This document shows positions 55,816-64,000 of a stretch of 64,000 bases of DNA, piece after piece. Source of the DNA: Octopus vulgaris (lineage: Eukaryota); assembly GCA_951406725.2 (NCBI GenBank), contig OX597831.1:59644001-59708000 (forward strand), given 5' to 3'. Within the stretch, counting starts at the first letter, position 1. Every line of letters begins with the position of its first letter. Under the pieces are notes generated by a model. That model saw nothing but the letters and a program-made list of their open reading frames with translations. It did not search any database and was not told where the DNA came from. A program made the translations under genes and the position numbers.

Positions 55816-55818
<3 letters not shown>
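54467..55818 (+). mobile_element. 3' end of a Penelope-like element: CCHH-type GIY-YIG, (CTA/CTG)-rich 3' region and tandem pLTR-like repeat
   Basis: NFTCASENFIYVLTCAGCNRQYIGHTKNSLRKRMAVHKSQI...VSGH...KELYFIKKFRPSLN (54467-54802); 91-bp tandem repeat at 55563-55744 with a hammerhead motif; ends in (TA)n. Confidence 0.88.
55717..55761 (+). ncRNA. Minimal type I hammerhead ribozyme motif with U3-A8 core
   Basis: ATTT-TTGATAA-GGTTC-GTTTTTTCAA-GAACC-GAAA-CATG-TA-AAAT: perfect 5-bp stem II, palindromic ACATGT helix III, GUA site, stem I ATTT/AAAT. Confidence 0.65.
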
Positions 55819-55864
<46 letters not shown>

Positions 55865-57046
55865 TCACATAATTTGCCATTATCTATAATAATAAAGATG
55901 AAGTGGCAGCAATTGTAATAAAAATATGCAAAATATATAATAGAATGTCAGACTACAATGTGTACCTGTTTGCTTGAAAGAGCAAATTCATGCATCTCTC
56001 ACTATATATGAGCACGTACGGAAAATTATAGCAAATATATTTCTACGAAGAAGTCCTCTCAATTGCAATAGATACCTTAGTATCAATTGATTTCGCTATT
56101 TGCGTCGAACCAAGACTTAAAGCTCAACAGCTAGGCTAACTACGTAAACTACTTCAAAAAGCACATTTACCTTCCCATGCGCGTTGTTCAGCTGAAGGCC
56201 CCGCAACTTCCAATCGAACATTAGTGAGCAACTATAAAGCATATATATGAGTAAGGATGATGTTTCAGAAAAATAAAATAAATTGTCTCCGATAGCTTTT
56301 TACATTTTAGACTTCCTTTCAATAAATTCTCATATTTCAATAGATATAACTACTATTGTGCAGAGAAATTGTTATACGTTCAACAAGAGTGAGTGATTCG
56401 AAGATAATTAAAATTATGTCTGAAGAACTGTATGTGTTTCTTGCAAATAATATTTCCTATAATAACACCACAAAAAGAGAATAAATCAATTATATGCCCG
56501 AGAACTATAAAAATAATTGATAAAAACATCTTACTCTTTCTTACCGTTTTATTTCTCCAGTGATATGTTTGTATTTTTGTGTTTTATGTTACGAATTACT
56601 TCGTTTATTCCTAAATTTGTCCGTTAAAATTCTGACGAAACTGACTTCCTATATTTGCTTAGACGAAATTTATTTGAAGTGAATTGATTAATAATAAAAT
56701 AGTGTTTTTTTCTGAAAAAATGTACATCATAAATTATCCAAGACGCATGGGAATTCATTCTCATAAATATCGCTCAAATACTTCCTACATAACCAATGCA
56801 TAGATAAAATATTGGCCTCGGTTTTCGCTTCTATATGTCCGTCTTTATGCTTCACGTCTTATATGGTAGACTTTCAACTAAAAACGACCTGATATTATTT
56901 TAGGCAAAATTGAAACGAAAACAATGGATATTTTATCCAGAGTAGAAGTAATAAAAATTTATATTTTGTAAAACGAAATTAGATCTAATAACATACATCC
57001 TTAATAATCATGTTTTCTGTTTTCCCTTCCTTTGTATGTTTGCCGT

Positions 57047-57373
57047 TTTCGATTCCCAGACTGGGCGTTGTGAGTGTTTATTGAGCGAAAACACCTAAAG
57101 CTCCATGAGGCTCTGGCAGGGGATGGTGGTTATCCCTGCTGTACTCTTTCACTACAACTTTCTCTCACTCTTACTTCCTGTTTCTGTTGTACCTGTATTT
57201 CAAAGGGCCGGCCTTGTCACTCTCTGTGTCACGCTGAATATCCCCAAGAACTACGTTGAGGGTACACGTGTGTGTGGAGTGCTCAGCCACTTACACGTTA
57301 ATTTCACGAGCAGGCTATTCCGTTGATTCGGATCAACCGGAACCCTCATCGTCGTAACCGACGGAGTGCTTCC
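57047..57373 (+). mobile_element. SINE family C, tail type 3, 5'-truncated with 11-bp TSD
   Basis: Starts within the B box (tttcgattcccagac); TSD atgtttgccgt at 57036-57046 and 57374-57384. Confidence 0.9.
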
Positions 57374-58099
57374 ATGTTTGCCGTAAGCAATCTACTGGCA
57401 TATTATGAACAATTTCCTCGTGTGTGGCGAATATATTTCTGTAATTACAATATGTACGAAACGCTAAGTCAATGCGGCTTGCACACTGAACGGAAAGAGT
57501 ACCAAGAAAAAAAATTGTCTTTAGTAATATCGAATCATACACACACTCAAATTCGCACACACACACACACAGACACATGCGTGCGCGGGCACGCACACAG
57601 ACACAGACACAAACACACGCGTATATGTACAATGTAAACATCATATTATCAGGTGGGTTCTGAAATTACACATATAGTTAAATATCGGTGTTTGTACATA
57701 GGAAGAAAGCAATGAACCTAGATGAATTAAAGATCGTCACAATAATCAATTAATTAATTACCCATATTTTATCATGAAAATGCTGAGTATTGAGATTTCA
57801 AATCATCATGCACTTACTGACATTTTTGAGCATACATATAAGCTATCATTGCATGTGTCCATCTTGGACTAGCGGGAAGTGCAATACCCCTCGAAAGTTA
57901 TTTAGCTGGTGACATAAGCGTCTTTTCAAATCTCCTATGGCCGGAACGAAGCAACCAAGTTCTGTTATTAGGATCTTATTAGGGTCAATCTTTCACCAAC
58001 AGTTACAATTCGACGCCCAAAATGGACGTCTCGGGGATTTGTCAGTAGCTGTTGTCAAATATTCTCACAGCGCTTATTTATGGTCATTCCGCGAGGAGC

Positions 58100-59325
58100 T
58101 TTTCAGCGGTATCTGTTCACAAGGCCCAACCTACTGACGTGACGCTTCATGGTGCTGTGTGAAGCACTAAGACCTTCCGATAATACTCAAGTGCTTGTTC
58201 TATGCTGATGTTCAACATTGTCAAGGAAGAATTCATATTCCACAAAATAAAGTTTCTCTCTTTTCGGTTTGTCGAGCACAATCAGGAGTATTCGAGCAGT
58301 TCCAAGCAGTGCTGCTTCCTGCAAGCGCTCCACTCTTATTGCAGCCCCTATTTGTTACATGTACTTCTCAAAATTTTTACTCACTGTTCCCAGCGCTCCG
58401 ATAATTATTGGTACTACTACCATCTTTTCCTCGACTACAATTGTTTGCTTAACTTCCCAAGCTAACCTGTTATATCTTTCGACCTTTTTTTCTTCCTTAT
58501 CGCATACCTTGTTGTCACCTGGACATGCTATAAATATGATTCAGCATAGTTTGTTTTCTTTCTAAATTAAGACTATGTCTGGTTTCGTATTCTCTATTAC
58601 ATGGTTGTACTGAATCATAAAATCCCACAAGATCTTTGCACTATCATTTTCGTTGATGCCTTCGGGTTTGTGGTCGTACCAATTTTTTGCTCTGTGAAGT
58701 CCATAATTGTTACAAAGTGTTCAATGGACAACCCGTGCTATATTGTGGTGGCGTCACTTATATTCCCTCTAGGCTAGTGACGTACATTGGCTGGTAATAT
58801 GCCATATGATTTCTATGTTTTGTCCGCAAATTCTGCACTTATCACTTTCTGATGTGTTGTCTATTGTGCATTTTCTGTAATTTGGTCATAGTGATTGCTC
58901 TTGAGCAGCACATATTAGAGCCTCCTTTTCCGGTTTTATATCATTTTTTGATCTTCCACAGTTCCACAGCCTTCTTTTTTCACTGTCTGTCTTATCTTCA
59001 ACATATCTATGAAATTGTCCATGCATTCTTTCCTTTACCCACCTATTTTCAGCTTCATTCGTTTTGCATTGCTTGTACAGTGCTTTATTTTTGCAACTTT
59101 TCATCCTACACAAGTGTGATCTTCTTCCTTCTAATAACGGCGGTTCTGTGGTACTTTTTGCATGCCATGTTATGTTGTTTTCTTCTGCTCTAACGCTGTG
59201 TTTACATCGAATATGTCCTCTTTGCCCTCTTTTTCTTGGTTCATACACTCAATTTTGTGTGGAGTGTCAAAATTATGTCAATTTTGTGTGGAGTGACCCA
59301 TATCTAGTTTGCAACTTCTTTGTTT
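58100..59325 (-). mobile_element. R4/Dong-clade non-LTR 3' fragment (CCHC and restriction-like endonuclease); 3' end approximate
   Basis: Minus-strand motifs MHGQFHR, EALICAAQEQ, WYDHKPEG...KILWDF, KPDIVL...IACPGD...KEEKKVERY, VVPIIIGALG and LQEAALLGTARIL. Confidence 0.9.
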
Positions 59326-59613
59326 TTCTCTGCCCAATTTCTTGTCACATCCTCACTGTGACGCTTAATAATGACTATGGAACCTATATGATTACATACT
59401 TGGTATAGAGATTTAAACAAAGTTTAGGAAGAAATGTCCATCGGAAATTTGGAAAATATATCAACATTGCTAATATAACGAAATCATCAAGACTATAAAA
59501 GTATCCACAACCGGTGAGTAGCTTTATAGACTTTAAATAATTCAACCCTTTAAAAGTATAGCAATATCCGTTTCAATACATAGTTGTAGATTCAAATATT
59601 CTCAAAACAAATT
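59325..59613. repeat. Local dispersed duplication, copy A of 61485-61794
   Basis: Collinear, same-orientation match from tttctctgcccaa to acaaatt, with a 21-bp deletion in this copy. Confidence 0.92.
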
Positions 59614-59654
59614 GTCTACCGTATGGACTTTTTCGATGTTTTTCAAGCACATCG

Positions 59655-59699
59655 TTATTATTATTATTATTTTTTTTTATCATCATCATTATTATTATT

Positions 59700-59783
<84 letters not shown>

Positions 59784-59830
59784 AATAATAATAATAATAA
59801 TAATAATGATAACATTAATAAAAATAATAC
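59655..59830. repeat. (TAT)n/(AAT)n microsatellite with strand switch
   Basis: TAT run changes to AAT run at ~59780, giving a quasi-palindrome. Confidence 0.95.
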
Positions 59831-59843
59831 TAATAATATTTAT

Positions 59844-59925
<82 letters not shown>

Positions 59926-61484
59926 TATGTATGTGTACGTATACAAATATATTAAGACGTAATTTCATACGTATATTCACTTTTGCAGGTTTATTAATCA
60001 TTGTATATATATACGTATATTCAAGTATCCACGTTCCTATTTATCTACTTATCTATCTATCAATCTAAATATAAGTTTGAGTGTGCGTGTGTGTGAATAT
60101 TTTTGACTTCTATGTGTGTGTGAATGTGTATGCGTATGAAATTGTATGCGTATGAATATGTGCTGTTGATAATATTTATATATGGTATGTTTTTATAGAT
60201 AAATACAACAAGCAATTTATGTGCTAGACAAAAAAGGAATGGTCTATTTGTTGACTGATGTCTATAAAAATATACATAATAAACGGCTATAAATCATTGA
60301 AGAACTGATCAACATTGAAGTATATCTAAGTAAAATCAAAATAATTGTTCTGTGAAAAATAATCTTTGCCATTAACTGATAAGAGCGATGTTCAAACTCA
60401 GCTTATCACGAATGATAAGTCTACAGTAGGAAATTACCAACAAATATTAGCAAATTGCTTATTTGATGTGTATATGTGTGTGCCTTTGTGTACATGCCTT
60501 AACATCTGAATGACTGTGTTTAAATCATGTACGAAATTTAAATACACTTCAAATGCAGTAACGAAGTCTTGATATTAAGTAAAAATTCACGTAATGAAGT
60601 ATTTATACGGTTTCAGAACTCTCATCAATAACTCTTCTGATATGTATCTTTTAAGTTCAGTGGAAAATTCTATTGTCAAAAGCAAGAAAATACGTCTGGG
60701 GGGGAGGCAATGAGCAGGTATCTTATGATCTGGAGTTAAATAAATTTCAAATATTCTTTACTTGTGAAGTTACCCGTTTACCACATTAAGTAAGGGTTAT
60801 TTTATTTCGAATTGTATCATTTCCCTCCATGGCCGTACCTTTTTAGGATTTTCAACAGCCAATAATCCTTAGCGAATAGAGAAAACTTTTGAATTTAAAA
60901 TATTGCTGTAGTAATTTCTAAAAAAAAAGCCAGATATTTTCAACTCTTAAACTCCTAATGTAAATGAAACTTCTCCTGGACTGTTATTCTTCGCGCGACT
61001 AAACATTATACCGAGAGCTTGTTTCATCAACGGTGTGTATTCATTGTGCGAAATAACATTTCATCCACACCGGTACATTAAGGATATGTATTTAATTGAA
61101 TTTTTTTCACGCAGTATTGAAAAAAATATTAAATGAAAATATGTATAGAATCTACACGAAATTCATGACACATTTTTTAACTTAATATACTCAAGTAAAT
61201 TAATTTATTCCATAATGTTTACTATTAATTTTTAGAAAAGATATCATCAACACTGATATCACTTTGAATTTAGAGCTATCTTTCGTTTTATGTGATTCGA
61301 TATTAAAGAAAAATGATTACTCTTAATAATATACACATGAAAAAACAAAGATCATATATTTTTAATAATGAAAACCTGTTGCAATGGCTGAATGTTTTCA
61401 CTGGAATTTGGATAACTTAGTAAAACATTTATTTGAAGGGTTACATTGCAGTAACGTTAGACACTGCATTCGCTTGTCCTTATA

Positions 61485-61794
61485 TTTCTCTGCCCAAATT
61501 CTTGTCACATCCTCATTGTGACGCTTAATATTGAGTATGGAACCTATGTGATTATATACTTGGTATAGAGATTTAAACAAAGTTTAGGGGAAAATGTTCA
61601 TCGAATATTTGGAAAATATATCAACATTGCAAATATAACAGTTGATCTCAAATACAAAACGAAATCATCAAGACTATAAAAGTATCCACGACCGATGTGT
61701 AGCTTTATAGTCTATAAATAGTACAACCCTTTCAAAGTATAACAATATTCGCTTCAATACATGGTTGTAGATTCAAATATTTTCAGAACAAATT
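61485..61794. repeat. Local dispersed duplication, copy B
   Basis: Matches 59325-59613 and retains agttgatctcaaatacaaaac. Confidence 0.92.
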
Positions 61795-62689
61795 CAATAG
61801 CAGATTTCCTGCTAAATATTTATATCTGTACGTCTTCTACCATGTGTATGGCCTCTGTTACGTGATTCAGCGCCTAGTGGCATTTGCAACTGGGCATTCT
61901 AGCTTTCTTCATTGAAACGTTTACATTGATGTAGTGAATATTGAAATCTGATTCTTTCAATTGATCTGTCTCTCAGTTATTTCTAAATAAATATTACAAT
62001 ACTCTTGTGCATTGTGCTGCAATCCACTCTGAATATCAGAAAACGTGTGTGGAATATGCATAATAGTACACACGACATCAGATAAATATTCAAATCAATA
62101 GGATACAGAATGCCTAGCAGTGACGTTAACTCTTCTAAAATGCAAAGTGTTATTTACTGAAAGGAGATAAAATACAAAAACAATTGAAGCTAAATCAACG
62201 CGTTATTTTAATATAAATTTGATTTTCTCTGCTACCTCTCGCTTTCATTGCACACACACACACACAGACACACAAATTCACACACCCACATGCATACAAA
62301 CACGCGCGTACATGATAGATTCGTTCTACATGAGCAACAAATGAGGATTCAGTATAATAAAGCAGTACGAATGTTCTATAAACGTAATTGCCCTTGTTAA
62401 AGTCTGCTGGCATCTTTAAAAACCTTTGATAAATCGAACAAGCTGAGGACTCAGTTTGCTCGAGTGTTCGTGGATCATTTACTACGTCTTTTCTAGAGTG
62501 CACGGCAAGACCAGTTTTGCTGCATACCACGAAACCACAAAATCAAATAAGATTTTCATTTATAGGAGGGGCGTTTTACCAGCGTGATATTATTCCTGCG
62601 AGAAGTTTGTTCCGATGTTGTTGTCGACTTTGTGTGTGCGTGTGCGTGTGTTTATATATGTATATACGTAATTAAGTTTGCGTTTGTAT

Positions 62690-63321
62690 CAGATTGGGTA
62701 AACATTAACCAATGTTTTGAACCATGAAGAATTTGTAGCAGGATTTTAAAGAGTTTTGTATGTTTTTAATGATTCTTTTGTAATAGTTTGGTAATACAGA
62801 TATAAACTTGCACAAATGCATCAATAAATTAACATTGATACATATCTCATCTGAAATAGCACGATATTCGGGCAATTTTGCCATTCATCTTCAAAAAGTG
62901 ACATAAAGCAGCTGAAACCGCTCGCAATATCAACGAAGCGTTTGGTGAAGAAAAGGCCAGTGAGTGGTCACTTCGAAAATGGTTTAAACTATTTCACAAT
63001 CGAGACCTGAAGCTTGAAGTTCGTGGGCGTAGCGGACGCACATCTGTCATCGATGACGGTCATTGAGAAAGATCCACGTAAAACCACTCGAGAACAGGAA
63101 AAAGAACTTCAGGTTAGCTAGGAAACAGCTTTCAGCTATTTCTATGCGATCGGAAAATAAACAAAGCTCGTAAAATTGGCACTCAGCGACTTGAAAGAAA
63201 GTCAGAAAATACTCAGATTTGAAATTTGTTCGTCGTTTCTTCTCCCTAACCAGACCGTTCCATTTCTCGACCGTATTGTATCTTGCGATGAAAAGTGAAT
63301 TCTTTACAATAATATAAAAAA
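62690..63321 (+). mobile_element. mariner transposon 5' fragment
   Basis: HKAAETARNINEAFGEEKASEWSLRKWFKLF...GRSGR and PFLDRIVSCDEK*ILYNN; truncated at a SINE-A head fragment (~63322). Confidence 0.88.
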
Positions 63322-63524
63322 GGCACAGGAGTGGCTGTTTGGTAAGTATAAAAGATTAAACATTTAGTTTTTAGTTTTTTTAGGAATTTGACCTGAGGAG
63401 TGACTGCTTTGGGAGTAAAATCATTTTCCCGTTCTAATGACTTGGATATGGTTTGCTTATATGATTTTATATAAACCTAATGCAGTCATGAAACGTGCGT
63501 AGTCGATGTACAATACTTACTTTT

Positions 63525-63542
63525 ATGTTGGGCGGACAAGCA

Positions 63543-63640
<98 letters not shown>

Positions 63641-63734
63641 TTTATTATATAGAAGGAGCTTCTACTTATATACGACGAAGATTTCTCTTGAATGAAACAG
63701 TACTAGTCCTGTAGAAGCTCCTTCTATATAATAA

Positions 63735-63774
<40 letters not shown>

Positions 63775-63930
63775 TTATATACGACGGGATTCTTTCAGTT
63801 TCACTCTACCAAATCGACTCGCAAGGCTTTGGTCGGCCCGATGCTATAGTATAATACACTTGGCCAAGGTGCCATACAGTGGTACTGACCTCGAAACCAT
63901 GTGTTTGGTAAGCAAGCTACTTACCACACA
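63525..63930 (-). mobile_element. SINE family A partial copy interrupted by a fold-back insertion
   Basis: 63780-63930 matches the family A head (ctttcagttt...aaggctttggtcggcccga...ggtaagcaagctacttaccacaca); gttgggcggacaagcac at ~63527 matches the body. Confidence 0.85.
63640..63736. repeat. Perfect 26-bp inverted repeat
   Basis: atttattatatagaaggagcttctac (63640-63665) / gtagaagctccttctatataataaat (63711-63736). Confidence 0.95.
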
Positions 63931-64000
63931 ATATATATATATATATTCCTGGTCCACATCAAAGGAAGTACATCATGTAACACTTTTGTGCCCCATTATC

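Noticed and set aside
56632-56678. CTGACGA...GAAA motif
   Set aside because: Stem II closing pairs mismatch and there is no convincing stem I or helix III.
62195-62530. 111-aa minus-strand ORF
   Set aside because: Runs into a (TG)n tract and has no recognisable domain.

Overview
AT-rich, microsatellite-saturated eukaryotic DNA with no host protein-coding exon I can support, so probably intronic or intergenic. The (TA)n/(CA)n/(TACA)n landscape and the recurring tRNA-headed SINEs suggest an octopus genome (inference from pattern recognition). Most ORFs in the supplied track are microsatellite translations. The recognisable content is decayed mobile DNA: four Penelope-like retroelement (PLE) relics (one Naiad-type, three with GIY-YIG features of the CCHH/Neptune type), two R4/Dong-type non-LTR relics, four mariner relics, one young near-intact DD41D (rosa) Tc1/mariner element, and several tRNA-derived SINE families, some with clear target-site duplications (TSDs). 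The most notable signal is a set of short non-coding elements carrying minimal hammerhead-ribozyme motifs. They include a tRNA-headed SINE with a 3' hammerhead and two cores with the compensatory U3-A8 pair. Together with numerous fold-back inverted repeats in (TA)n tracts, they suggest a PLE-driven system of non-autonomous ribozyme elements. All of this was read by eye; no searches or folding calculations were run.
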